Positions 38,900-51,810 of a stretch of DNA of 64,000 nucleotides are shown here, piece after piece (the stretch's first letter is position 1; the number at the start of each line of letters is the position of its first letter). The notes under the pieces are model-generated. The model made no database searches. It had not been told where the DNA came from and saw only the letters and a program-made list of their open reading frames with translations. Origin of the DNA: Convolutriloba macropyga (lineage: Eukaryota); contig NC_134468.1 in NCBI RefSeq assembly GCF_964194025.1, positions 18,166,001 to 18,230,000 on the forward strand, given 5' to 3'. The translations under genes and the position numbers were made by a program.

Positions 38900-39900
38900 G
38901 CTCATAAAGATCCATACACTTGTAACAGAAAATATTTCCAAAAATCTGAAATAAAATTTTATCCAAATATTACTAATACTGGAGTAAAAAATGTTGATCA
39001 CCATCCCATTAACTCTAGAAACTATGCAGCAGTTTATTATCAAACCTTGGAGGTCCCAGGGCCTCTGTTATCGGAAAAAATTCAAAAACAAGAAAAAATT
39101 GCAAAAATTTTAAAAATTGCTTTAATTCGTGATATTAAAATATTGAAGAACATTCCATTATATACTCTAAAGGAAGATCCGTGGTTCTTGAGGTTGGAGC
39201 AACCTAAAAAATGACAAATTTTCAAAAAACTTAAAATTGCAAATTTTAATTAACAAAATTGCAAAAACTTGTGATAATAAAAAGTTGAAAATTATTCCAT
39301 GACCAACAAAAATTTTCCAGTTACTTATTATCAAACTCTAACGGAGGCTCTTTGACCCTTGAGGCTCAAAAAATCTGAATGACATTAAAAGTCAAAAATA
39401 ATTGAATAAAAAAATGGCAAAAAATATCAAAATCATGCCAAAATTCGTGATGGTAAAATCTTGCAAGACATTCCATTTAATCTAGAAGTTATTCAGTAAC
39501 CTATTTTCAAACCCTGGAGGAGGTTCCTTGGCTCTTAAGGCTGAAAAATTCTAAAAAACGACAAAAATTTCAAAAACAAACCGAAAAAAAGCAAATTGTA
39601 TCAAAAAATTGCTAAAATTTGTCACATTAAAAAGTTCAAAAACTATTCCATGGCCATTAAAATTTTGTCAATAACTTATTATCAGACCCCATAGGATTTT
39701 TGCTCGCCCCTGGGTCTGGAAAGACCTGAATAAGGGGAAAAATGTCAAAGAATGGAAAATTGCACGTTTTGTAAAAAAAATGCTAAATTTCGTGTTGTTA
39801 AAATGTTGAAATCATTCAATCATCACTAGAAACAATTCAGCAACATATTATCAAACCCTAGAGGAGGTTCTTTGACACCTAGGAATGATAAAAAACAAAA
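38900..39900 (+). repeat. Degenerate tandem array with a period of about 170-180 bp
   Basis: Motif tattatcaaacc..ggagg recurs near 39035, 39325, 39502, 39677 and 39846. Confidence 0.65.
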
Positions 39901-40199
39901 AGTTTAAAAATTTTCAAAAAGCTTGCAAAAAATTGCAAAATAGTATAAATTTGCGTTTTTAGCAAGCGGTTGTTCGTCAGTAGCTAGCCTCGGGAGGGGG
40001 GTGAGAAGTGCAACTGGGGTTGATTGGGGGCAACACTGGGGTGGGGGGCAACAGCGTGGTGGGGGGGGCAATAGGAGGGGGGTCAACAGTGGGGCTGTCT
40101 TCAACATCTAAGAACCACCATTCACACCCTGAGTATAAGTATAAGTCTCCAAAACAGTTTAAGCTGAAACAGAGGTGAAAGGCTCTAAGAGCACTCAAT

Positions 40200-40326
40200 G
40201 ACCGCTGGGCGCTACCTGTTTATCCCGTCTTTGAGGACCAAAATTCAAAAGCGTCAGACGAAAAATCGCATAAAAAAAGACCGACAGGACTAATATAATT
40301 GCTACAAACTTCGTTTGAGAGCAATT
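40200..40326 (-). mobile_element. HINE-like element 5' part
   Basis: Terminal hairpin aattgctacaaac-ttc-gtttgagagcaatt; core gggcgctacct.tttatc.cgt...aaaattcaa...gtcagac shared with 38190-38323. Confidence 0.68.
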
Positions 40327-40336
40327 AATAACAACA

Positions 40337-40790
40337 TAAGATTTGTAACTGGGGGTCATAAAAAACACTGGGGGGGGGGGGGCGAAACAGAATAGATTCG
40401 ATTTTCCTTATAGATTCTTCTCTAGTTACAATTGGAAACCAAATGTTAAAATAAACTTCACCCACTTAATAACATAGAAACAAGTTTTCTAGACGTTGAA
40501 AAACTCACTGCTTTTTCTAACTATTAAAAGTTGTCGCAAAAACTTTGAACAAGTAGAGTCGGTAGGTTGTATGCCTTCACACACTGTTCCAACGAGTTAA
40601 ATGATAAATAAAGGAAGAAACCAAACATTAAAACCTATCCTCGATGTTATTCTGAATTTTTTATTTGAACATAATCAAGCACCTCCCCTATATTATTTGG
40701 TTGACCAGCAAATGTATACCATTTCAGGATATATTATGGTCCGACCCCCCCCCCCCTCGGCGTTTTTATGACCCTCAACTACAATTTATA
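40337..40790. mobile_element. MITE with about 50-bp imperfect TIRs containing poly-G/poly-C
   Basis: taagatttgtaactgggggtcataaaaaacactg(G)n at the left versus (C)n tcggcgtttttatgaccctcaactacaattta at the right. Confidence 0.6.
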
Positions 40791-40849
40791 TATTGTTATA
40801 TAGCACGCTTCTATGCAAAAAAATAGCGGTTGCGCCTGAGGGTTGTTAT

Positions 40850-41045
40850 GGGTCTTTCCCATTATAGCCCCCACCCAGCTTAGTGATCAGATAACCTATA
40901 GTCCCACCAATCTTGGTAAATATACCATAATGCGGGGCTATAATTTCATGGGGGGCTATAACGGGAAAGACCCTCGCGTCTTTCCCATTATATCCCCCGC
41001 ACAATCATGGTAAACATACATAATGGGGGCTATAATAGGAAAGAC
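40850..41045. mobile_element. Two adjacent tiny TIR units (40850-40973 and 40978-41045)
   Basis: gggtctttcccattatagccccc / gggggctataacgggaaagaccc and gtctttcccattatatccccc / gggggctataataggaaagac. Confidence 0.65.
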
Positions 41046-41179
41046 TAAAGTTAAATGCCCACTAAGCTGGTGGGGGGCAGAAGGTATCTCTCTTTGAAAG
41101 TCAAGCTACTTTCGATTTTTTTTGAAAAATAACAGTTGAAAACTACAAACTAAGTTGCAGCTTCCGATTTCCAACAGCT

Positions 41180-42170
41180 AACTTTCAGCCAACAGGTAGC
41201 CAGCTAAAGAGGCTACTTTTGGGTACAACTTGGCCAAAAGAATAACAATTTTCACGTCAAAGAAAATTATTCTGAATATGTACCCCCACAAGCCTTTTGC
41301 TTTGATATCCAGTACAGCGCTCTCAATAGTGCTAGTAGAGTTAAAGTGGAAACTTTGGCCTTCTAGCAACTGAAGTTATGGCTCAAATTCAGTAAAACAT
41401 CATTTTCATAGCTAATAGAATGCGTTAGTGTGATTTTTTCTCCACAAGGACAATCGATAGGTGTCTTTTCTGCTTCAAGGTTGTACCGAATTTAACAACC
41501 GTCACAGAAATCCAATTTCATGTACGTAAAAGTCGTAGCTTTTCAGTGGGAAGGCTGTCCTTCAGTTCGAGGCTCCTATATGGATGACAAGCCAACAACG
41601 TGACGTTTGTATTCAGATAACGCGCAATATCTTTTCAGCGAGATTCCAACTTGTTGAGTGTAACCTTGCGCTTGTTTTGCGTAATTTTTTCCTGTATGAG
41701 ACGAATATTCGTGAGATCTAATTCTTACAGCAGCGACCGATGAAGCGTATTCAGTGTGGAAATCCGTTGGCTCCCTCACGTAGAGTTTACCCTCCCGGGC
41801 CAGGAGCGAAATCAACTGGCGTGTGTTGTCGATGACAAGCCAGTCCAACGATGGCAACAAAAATTTTTGAATAGTTTCCTGATTGTCAAAGAAAACGTTT
41901 TGAGCGTTAGGAATTATTCAAGCAATGAAAGCAAGATTTGCTGAACACATCTCCTGAGAAAGGAATAGGTGTTATGAGGAGATGAAATCGTCATGGTTCC
42001 AATTGTTTGATCTGGACTGGAAAACTTTCGCGATCCTGTCGCTAGAAGGAATTCGCGAGAATCGTCCCCAACAAGGATTGTCAAGAGAGCCAGGCGTCTA
42101 CAATTTTGATATCAGCTCCTCCGAAAATTTCAAGAGCTGTGGATTTTGCGCGCTTCTTCAAAAACTAAAT
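41180..42170 (-). mobile_element. Decayed CRE-like (RLE-type) non-LTR retrotransposon, 3' part
   Basis: RQLISLLAREGKL and LEGQSFHFNSTSTIESAVLDIKAKGLWG...FFDVKIV (restriction-like endonuclease region); homologous to 57370-58993. Confidence 0.75.
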
Positions 42171-42849
42171 TAAATAATTTCAGATTGATTTTCAATTTCT
42201 GGGACAGCAGTTGTGGTCCCATGTGCACTTCTTGATAGCTGCCATTTCACTCAGCAAAGCTGTTTTGACAAAACCCCTTTCACTCGAGAGCGCTTCGGAA
42301 GAAGTGTGATTCTCAAGACCTCACCAGATTCCCGAAGGATCCTTTCAATACGCATTGAGTCAGTCCCAGGTCTGAGTGTTCATCAAGAAGCCCAGCCCGG
42401 CAAGAGTTTCTTTCATATCAACGTCGCCCGACAGCTCCTGACCTCTTCAATGACCTACTCCAACTCCGAATCCCAGTACTTCACCTAACAAAGAAACTAA
42501 CTCCTGTCAAGGCGGAAATAGAACAATCCCAACTACACTAAAGCCTACCACGTCAAACCGTTCTTGGAAGTCAATCTTCTGACAACTTTAAGGAGCTACG
42601 ACTACGATATCAAGAAAATCAAAAACAAGAAAAAGCGATATTTGCAGAGTAAAAGAAAGAAAGCTGCTGTAGTCTTAACTGCAAAGCACTAGGTACAGTT
42701 TTTTAGTATTTTTTCTTATCTACGGCGCCGTTTAATCACTGGGCCAAGGGAAGCGATAATATCTACGAAACAAATTGGCCTACCTGATAAATTGTCTGAT
42801 ATTTCTATCCGTCTCTGTCCTTTCTGTTCACTAAAGGCAACGTTTAATT

Positions 42850-45800
42850 ACTGTGCAAAATTGATTGAATCCCCCTTTTACACCAACTCCAGCAATTTTT
42901 CAAGCGACTAGCTCTAGTCAAAATGACTTGTTCTTGTAGAATCCGCAAGAAAAACATTCCAAACCGCGATGAGACATTCAAATGTCTGACATGCAATTGC
43001 CATCTACATCTTGATCCAGCCTGCACGGGGCTATTGCAAGTAATTCCTAATTAAATCAAGGAGTTGAGACAAAATGCAATGTTGCTTTGTACTGAGTGCG
43101 TCAACAACAAAGAAAGAGACCCCTTCACCCGAAACAGAACTCTGACGCAAGTAATCAGAACTCTGACGCAAATATTTGCAAATACTTGCTGTCACACAAA
43201 CTCAATGTGACAGCAAATATTGAAAGCATCGAAGCAAAGGTAACTGGTTTAGTGGAAGAGAAGATCAACTAAGTGACAAGGAAAGCGCTCGAATTAGTGG
43301 CAGAAAGTTATGCCAGCGTATCCAATAAAGTAGAGGACAAAAAAATGACTATGTCACGACCCCCAAAAGAGCGCAACATAAGCCTTTCCCACAACAATGG
43401 AATCAATTTTTGAGTAAAAGGGATCCCAGAAGATCCACAAAAAACTCGTGACCAGAATTTTGTCCCAACACATGAACCTGTAACCCACATTTTGAAACCA
43501 TAGGAGTGGAAGCTGAAACTGTCAACCTCAGGCGGCTGGATAAATTCTAGAAGGAACAACGCAAACAGCGTGCTGTTCTTGTCACTTTGCCTGGTGTCAC
43601 TGCTGTAAAGCTTGTCATAACCAAAGGTGTGGATTGACAACCAGAACTGAAAGACATGATTGTGTACGTCTCGCGAGTCCTCTCAATTGAGGAATCCTGC
43701 AATGAAAATATCTGTCCTAGAGGCGTAAGGAACTCATTGAACAAGGCGTTGAGAGGTATAAACTGAAGATAAGGAACTTGACATTATACAACGACGGAAT
43801 AGAGGTGCCACTAAACGCCACCTCTAACAATTAAACCAGAATATGACTATCTCACCTTCAGAGTCTGCAATTTAGCGCCCGCAGTCTCGTGAATTGCCAC
43901 AGACGTTTCAATGTGTCAAACGCTATTTACTTTGGTTCATTCAACGTTATATGCATCTGAGAGACTTGGCTAAACTTGGGCATCCCTGACTCCGAATTAC
44001 TACTAATCTACTATACAATCTATCGATCAGACGGAGAACACCGTAATATTAACCTGCACGGCGGATTCTTGATTGTAGTGAAAAACTTCTTATGCTCTGA
44101 GAACATTAAAGTGGATGTTGAGTGTTGTACAATATGCAAAATCAGGTTGGTCAGCGAAGAAATGTATAACTGCTTTTTTACAGTCCATTGCATAACAACC
44201 AGTACAGGTATGACTTTGATTGTTACCATCGTATACTAGAGGCCGTTCCCAAAAACCGGAAAGCAGTGATATGTCGCGATCTCAATTTTCCCTCAACGAA
44301 CTGGGGAGCTTATTGGAGCACCGACAAAGAGGAACAAGACGTCCTCGACATCCTCGAAAATTTCTCCTAAGATAAGCTATTGATTTCCCAACTTGCGGTA
44401 AAAATTTTCTTGATGTACTGCTCTACCATAATTGAGAGGTTTTCTCCCAAATTGACAACAGTTTCAAAGCACTATACGACTGTAGTGATCATCTTCCTGT
44501 TTTTTGTCCGTAGAAAAAAATTACCAACCAGAACAACGAACTAAAGAACGTTTCTATCATTTCACCAAAGCAGACGTTGACTCTATGCTGTGCCATATAT
44601 CATCAGACTCTTTCCGACCTCTATGCTTCTAAAATGCAAATAATATGTACAACGAATTCCAGGACTACGCCATGGCACTCATCGACAACCATGTTCCAAG
44701 AAGAACTCAGTGTCAACAAAACCTTCCCCCTGGATAGCCGCTGCCACTTCAAATCAAATGAAGAGACTGAATACCCAATGGATCAAGCTAGCTACTCGAA
44801 CCACTATCTAAAGAAAGATCTAATGCGGGGCCTTGAAGTGGAAGTGCTCGGAAATTGCGAAGCCGATCTCAACGTTTATCAGGAAAAAGTTTTCAACACT
44901 TGAAACACCAATGAAATTTTTCGACATTTGAAACACATAAACAAAGCACCTCGAATACCAAAAACTTTAAAATACAAAGAAGAACCAGCAAGCACAGAGC
45001 GAAGCGGAATTCTTCAATCCAATTCACCACTCTGTGTTCGCACCAAAAGCACTATTCACTGTCAACAGATACCAAAACCAGACTGCCAAACTCCAGAACT
45101 TCAAAGTCTGAGTTAAAAAATTTGAAAATTGTTAGGACGAGCTTGACATCAAGAAGACCCGGGCCTCAATATTCTACCGCCAATCTTCTTCAAAGCAACA
45201 AAGAAACAAATTTGTAGAACGTTTAACACCATGTTCAAAATTTCAAACCTATCCGGAAACTACCCTTGTTTTGGAGGACAGCGGCCGTATAACCAGTGTA
45301 TAAATAAGACATTCCGAAGCTTGTTGAAAACTACCAACGCATATCTCTTCTTTGCATTGAGAGCAAGATTGTTGAAAAGGTCATGTACGTACCGCTATAC
45401 AACCACTTCAAAAACTTTTTGTCGAAGAATCAACACAATTTTGTCAGAAAAAGATCAGTGATGAGCAATCTCCTGCAACTCTTGAATGAAATATATGTCG
45501 CCATGGACAATGATCCAACTGCTCACGTCACTGCATTTTAGACTGACTTTTCCAAAGAATTTGACACCGTGCCCCACGAACTGCTCATCTCAACACCATG
45601 TGAGATATGCGCAGGTGGATGTTTCCTAGACATCCTGTACGACTACCTAAATCAGCAAAAACAATACGTGCGAACTGAAGATCACACGTCGAAAGAATTA
45701 CAAGTGACCATCGGAGTAGCACAAGGCTCCCTACTGGGGTTTTTACTATTTGCATCTTTATAAACGATCTTCTCGATGTTTTAACTTTCAGCCAACCTAT

Positions 45801-46736
45801 CATTTTTGCGGCCAAGCTGAAAATCATAGCCATTGGTAAATCAAACGAAGAAATCCAAATTGATATAAGGAGACTGGGAAATGGGTCATATCAAACAAAT
45901 GAAAATAGCAGTCAACAAACGCAATTTACTCAACTATTGAGGGACACGCACAAGTCTATCATTAAACGAACAACCATTAAAGGAGCCTGGGATAGTAAAA
46001 GACCATGGAGTCTACATTGCGGACACGCTAAACTGGTGTACGAACATCGAGCATCGAATGGAGAAAACAAATAAGTTATTCAACTGCTTGAAGAAGAACG
46101 TTGCCTTCAATGTCAGAGTCTTAGTTAAACTTGGACTATAAAAATCAATCATACTACCCATTTTGCTGTAAGGGCTGAATTGCGCGTACCAATCTAGAAC
46201 AGATCAACAGAAGCTGGAAAAATTTCAATGGCGGGTACTGAAATGGGTGTGCCGACCCCACCGTGGTGACTGAAAAGCTCAGTTGAGACTACTGAATGTC
46301 CTACCTCTGCCCCTCTTCATTCAATTGAATGATCTTCAGCTTCTTTCGAAACTTTACAAGGACATCGAGGAGCACAAAATCAACCAGCCCATTCAATCAT
46401 GGAACAACAGAAGGCAAGTAATGCTGAAGTTACATAAAATACAACTTGGGCGAAGAAAGACTGAATTTATCTACAGAACTGCAAGATTAGTGAACAGAAT
46501 ACATGAGGAAGTCGACTTCAATTGCGAAGTTGGACTAAAGAAGAGAACCATCAATCTTATGTGAAAAATCGGTTTTCCGAAAACAACGTCTGCACGTGGC
46601 AGCTATGCTGCGACTTCGGGAATTGCAGAAACAACTGGATAAATTTTTGAACAGACAGCGGGAAACAGGCCCCTCCAGGCCAACTGGGAATCCAAAACAA
46701 CAACAACAACAACAACAACAACAAACAACAACAACT
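42850..46736 (+). mobile_element. Near full-length decayed LINE (CR1/L2-group-like): ORF1 remnant, APE endonuclease, RT and (CAA)n tail
   Basis: ORF1-like Cys/His stretch and VKGIPED; APE motifs ETWLN, YTIYRSD, HGGFLIVVK, ICRDLNFP, SDHLPV; RT motifs TDFSKEFDTVPHELL and GVAQGSLLG; many stops and frameshifts; 5' boundary approximate. Confidence 0.88.
46697..46735 (+). repeat. (CAA)n microsatellite forming the LINE 3' tail
   Basis: Directly visible immediately after the RT C-terminal region. Confidence 0.85.
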
Positions 46737-47599
46737 ATAAATTGGCATTGTGGGGCTTTCATTTTGTATCCATTCGACTTGTGATGGTATCTGTGATTGA
46801 TGCAAGCTCTCTCCATCACTCCTTTGAGCATTGGAAAAGCATCAAAGGACGCTTTCAACTCTCGATGAAGGTCATCGCGATGTCTGGTTACAAATTGTAT
46901 CCACATTTTACAGGTTAGTCAAGATCTATACCAGACGATTGATTTTATTCCTGAATCTTAAAATATTATCCTTTGGCGCGACGTCATAAATAACTTGATC
47001 ACAAGTCCCAAAAAATCCGAGGAACAGGATAACCAACATAATAGGGAAGAACTATTTAATACAGTCCTGAGGCTTCAACAAATTGTCTGTACAGTTCATT
47101 TTGTCCAAGAAGGTGCCCCGACGTTCACAATAAAACAAAACCAAATTTTACCTAGTTAAAGAATTATTGTCGCAAAAAATTGAAAATCAAAAAACAAGTG
47201 GTCAATAAATTGGACAGAAGCTAAGGAACATGGAAAAATTGACTCACAGAGATTGTTGAACAGAAAGTCAACAAGGCTCTCACAAGAAATTCGAAAAAGT
47301 TCACAAGAATTTTTTTACCGTTAAATACTTAGAAAAGCATGCAGAGAAGAATACTAAAAAAATGATTTCAAATCAACACATCAAGCAATGATTGAGGAAC
47401 CAATGTATACCTTTAGATAGAGATAAACCCACAGCCCAAAATCTTGTGCCAACGATTGCTGAGGTAAATGATTTTTTATATGGAAATGTATTGAGATCAA
47501 TTGTAGTTGAATTAGAAATCTGGGAAAGTAGAAAAAGTAAAGAGCATCAATGAAAAGGTTTCTTGAGAGAGTCTCAAAAAAACACAAAGCAAGTCTTAT

Positions 47600-50500
47600 A
47601 TTAGCACAAATATTTAAAAGGCGGAAAGAGTTAACATAAAAAACCATCTGAAGAAGATGATACCAAATGAAAAATTAAATTCTCAAGGAAAAGAAAGAAC
47701 TGATTGGCAAATACTACGGCAGCAAAAGAGCAAACCAGAGTTTTAGCGCTATTCTCTGACAAGAACGTTATTGCGATCGAAACAATTCTAGGCTAAGTTT
47801 CTTACAGATTCTGCACTTAATTACAAGAGGCCTAGTGAACATCGAAAAAAACATAATTTTTCAGCGCTCTATTAAATACTAATTATAAACATATCTGTCT
47901 TTGCCAAACCTTGCTAATTAAGAACATCCCTTCAACTGAACTTTTACTCGACAGCTATAAATTCCATATATCAATCAGAGGTTTCGAAATCAATTAAAAC
48001 CAACACGGTGGCAGCGTCATTGCATAAACATCCTAATACCAGAACGGATACAAAACCCTTCTGCACTTGAGTGTATTTTGTAAAACACATCTCGACAAAC
48101 TTCAACTTTACTTATAAATTATTCTACAATGCACAAAAAAACAGTCCAAACTGACACGAAATATGCAATTACGATATAATCTTTGCTTAAATTCCAACGT
48201 ATACTATGTCAATCAATTGCGAAGGTCAAAATTCTGCTGAAATGATTTTGAAAATATAGGTTAACCCCATTTAAGAAGACAAAGAGCACAATGAATTACT
48301 TAAAAAATTTAAGCACGCATCTGTATTCCTAACCTGCTACAAAAATATTTGATTTCTGTTTTTTTTTTAAAATTGGTGAATTCATAGAAGAAAAAGAATA
48401 AAAATTAATTCACATTTACGACTGATGAGATCATGAAGCAGCCCATATGACATTAGAGTTCCACTTTACAACAACAAGAGAAGCAATTTTATTTTTCAGG
48501 AAATTTGAATGTGCAGATTACAAATGCGTTAATGCTATGCTCTGTTTGAAACTGTTCCAACCAATTTGTTTCTCAATGATTAAATATATGAAGAATTTAC
48601 TGTGTGTTTGTCCTGATCAGTTAGTCAATATGAATGTACCAAGACATATTAGGCATTAACAACCTCTACTAACTTTGATAGCTCTTTGTTTCTCAGATCT
48701 CTTGAATAATACCTAGAAAACTCAAAGTTTACGCCATAACTTAAAAAATCAACACAAAAATTGTTCGGAGCTACCAAAAAATCAGCTATGCTCAATGAAT
48801 TCACTCACGAAATTTTCCGTCCAATAAGAAATCTAGCAAAATCAACATCATGATTGAAAATCCAAAATATTTAAATTTTAGCGTCTCGAATTAACCGAAA
48901 AAAAAATCCAAAGAAGATAGTATCAGAAAAAATATATAATCTCAAACAGAGGAAGGAACTGATTGGCAAAAGCTACCTCAGGAAAAAGATCAAAGAAAAA
49001 TTTTACAGTTGCTCTGCTACATAAAAGTCACTACAAATGAACCTAAACAAGGGGAGGTTACTTTACTAGATTCATTACACTTTCTGCAGTTAAATAAAAG
49101 AAACCCAATGAACATCAAAAACCGAAAAAAAAGCCAGCGTTCTTATAATTACACATGATAATTTTATCTGTTTTTGCAAAACCTTTCTAATAGAAAGTGT
49201 CCCCTCAGCTTAAGATTTTATACCACTGATACAAACTCTATAGGTCCGACAGAGGTTTCGAAAACAAAAAAAAATATAACAGGGACAGTTTCATTGCAAC
49301 TAAAAGCTCTTCATTATCAGATCAGAAAGAAAAGCTGTTCCGCATTTGAGTATATTACGTAAAGTTCATCTCATCAACCTTCAAATCTATCTATCAATTT
49401 CTAACTATCAACAAAAAGACAACCCAAATTGAAACAAAACCAGCAACTGCGATTCACTCCTGATATAAATTCTGAAATCCAGCAAATCAATCATTTGAGG
49501 AGATCTAAAATTTACTGATATGAACAGGAAAACATTGATCATCCCAATTCTATGGGACAATGAACAAAATGAATTAATTGAAGAAAACACTTCAGGCCAG
49601 CAACTGACTTCCCACCATTCTCCAAAAATAAATTAGATGTCAATTGTTTTCAATATGGTGAATTCATAGCAGAGAAAGAATCAAACTCAACTCAAACTTG
49701 CCACTGTTATTATCAGGAAGCAATTCAATTACGTTAAAATTTCCCTTTGCAACAGCGAAAGAGCAGATTTTAATTTTACAGAAATTCAAAGACCAAATAT
49801 ATGTACGATGGAGTGTACAATTGTCTTGATCAACTAATCGTTATGAATGTAGCTGGTCGTTTAAGGCATCAACAATCTCTACCGTCTTGGATAGCTTCTT
49901 ATACCTCAAATCTTTTGATTAAGAAACCTATAAAAAAAATGATTGCATACTTTAAATAGCCAAGACATAGCGAGCTGGGAGCTACCAAAAAACAAGCAAA
50001 ACTCAATATATTTTATCACTTAATTTTTTGTCCAAAAAATAGCTTACTAGAAGGATAATCAAGATTTAAAACCCCAAATTTACAAAGTATGGCGCCTCAA
50101 AAAAAAGATAGATGAAATAATGTCTACGTTTGACTTTACACATAAGACTATGAAATTTAGGAAAAATTGTCTACCTTCAGTTTCCTATCCAAACACTTCT
50201 AGATATATCTGTTCCTCTTAAGAAACATAAAGTCAATGTGTAAAATAATTCATAGTTTGAAAAATGCTGCAGTATTCCTAAAATACAGAAAAGACAGTAG
50301 AGAAAAATTTAAAAATTTGTTACATGTATCCATAATCTAATGTGTCTATTAGATCTAATGTGTCTATCGAAATAACAAAAAAACTGTTTGCAAAAAATAC
50401 TTACGAACTTCTATAGAAACTTTTCGTTCAATAGTCTACCCGTAGTCAGCACGAGTTTGTAAAGAAGAGCTTTGTCCGAACATGCTCCTACTTCTTCAAA

Positions 50501-51810
50501 GCACTCGTAAAGGGCAAGATCAAGACACCCTTTCGGAAACCGTGGCTTTTCGCACTGAATTTTCAAAGTACCTCACTTCAATTTGATCCAAATATGTGCT
50601 TATATGGGTAAGTGTGGTTGCATGCTCGAGGCGCTTATAGACTATTTGAGAAATCGAAAACTATTTAAGCGTGTCGAAAACGTTGGTTCAAAAGACTGAA
50701 TGAAATGACTGGAGTCCGACAAAAAATTATGCTCGGACCACTTGTGCTTTGCATCTTCTTAGTTGTTGATTTTTCCGGCTCACTTGAGATCACCAAACCA
50801 TTCATATTTGCAGACGTGCAGATGGTCTAAGCATGTTCTTGATCAATAAAATTTGCCATTGAAAGTTGGGTCTGATTTTGCATGCAAAATGAAGCTAATC
50901 CCATTTGCGTTTTAGAACCGACCAAAGAACAATCCGCCTCAATACAAAACAATTGATTTAAATTTAATCCTTTTTTAATTTATCACATTTAACATATCAT
51001 ACATTTGCGGAGATTGATTAGCCATATTCAAGATGACAAGGAACACCTACAAATATTTGAAGAGCAATCGATTAAGCAAACAACAGACTTCCCAAAATGC
51101 TTCAAAAACACTTTCCATGTCACGTTTTTTATAAAATGGTGATATTAAAGAAAGACTCACAATTTAATCAAATTCACGACTACTCCGATCATTAAGCACT
51201 TCACTTTACATTACATTGCCACTTCACAACAGCAAAAAAACCAATCGTAAATTTTAGGAGCTTTGTAAGTGCATATTACAAAGTCATCAAGGCTATGCTC
51301 TGTTTACAAACGTTCCAATCAATCTGTTGCCTAATGAAAAACAATATGTACGTTGAACATTGCGGGTATTTCAATTAAATAATCGAGACAAATGTACCAG
51401 GTTTCGAACGAGGTTTTGACAATCTCTCCTGAATAACTCATTTTACCTCAAATCTTATGAATAAATTGAAAAACTCCGCAGAACTTGCTTGAACAAAAAC
51501 CCATGAAATATCGGAAAAATCAAATAAGGAATAAAGAAACTAAAAATTTTAGTATTGGAGTCTTACGAAAATGAAAAATTGAGTACCAGGAGACCCTGAA
51601 ACTTAAAGATTGCTCACTCTTACTCCATACCTTTAAAAACTTAAAGATTGCTCACTCTTACTTCATACTTTTAGAAGCAAACAGTAATCGATTTTTTGGA
51701 GCTACCAAAAAAGCTATGCTCAAGCAATTGTTAAACCTATTTTGCAGTCCCCTAGAAAAATTTAGCAATCACAATATGAGCATTGAAAACCCCAAATTTA
51801 CAAATGACAA
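47600..51810 (+). repeat. Old diverged direct repeats (unit about 1.25 kb, about 3 partial copies)
   Basis: gaactgattggcaaa at ~47697 and ~48956; ggtgaattcatag at ~48375 and ~49657; gagctaccaaaaa at ~48768, ~49979 and ~51699; ctatgctctgttt at ~48535 and ~51293. Confidence 0.65.
50250..50830 (+). mobile_element. Highly decayed LINE RT fragment related to 42850-46736 (another fragment at about 51830-52330)
   Basis: SQHEFVKK, VAFRTEFSK, MLGPLVLCIF and KPFIFAD; second fragment IKKSCGPKGIPPVFYR. Confidence 0.5.

Noticed and set aside
46535-46805. Poly-Q, poly-C and poly-L ORFs
   Set aside because: Frames of the (CAA)n LINE tail.
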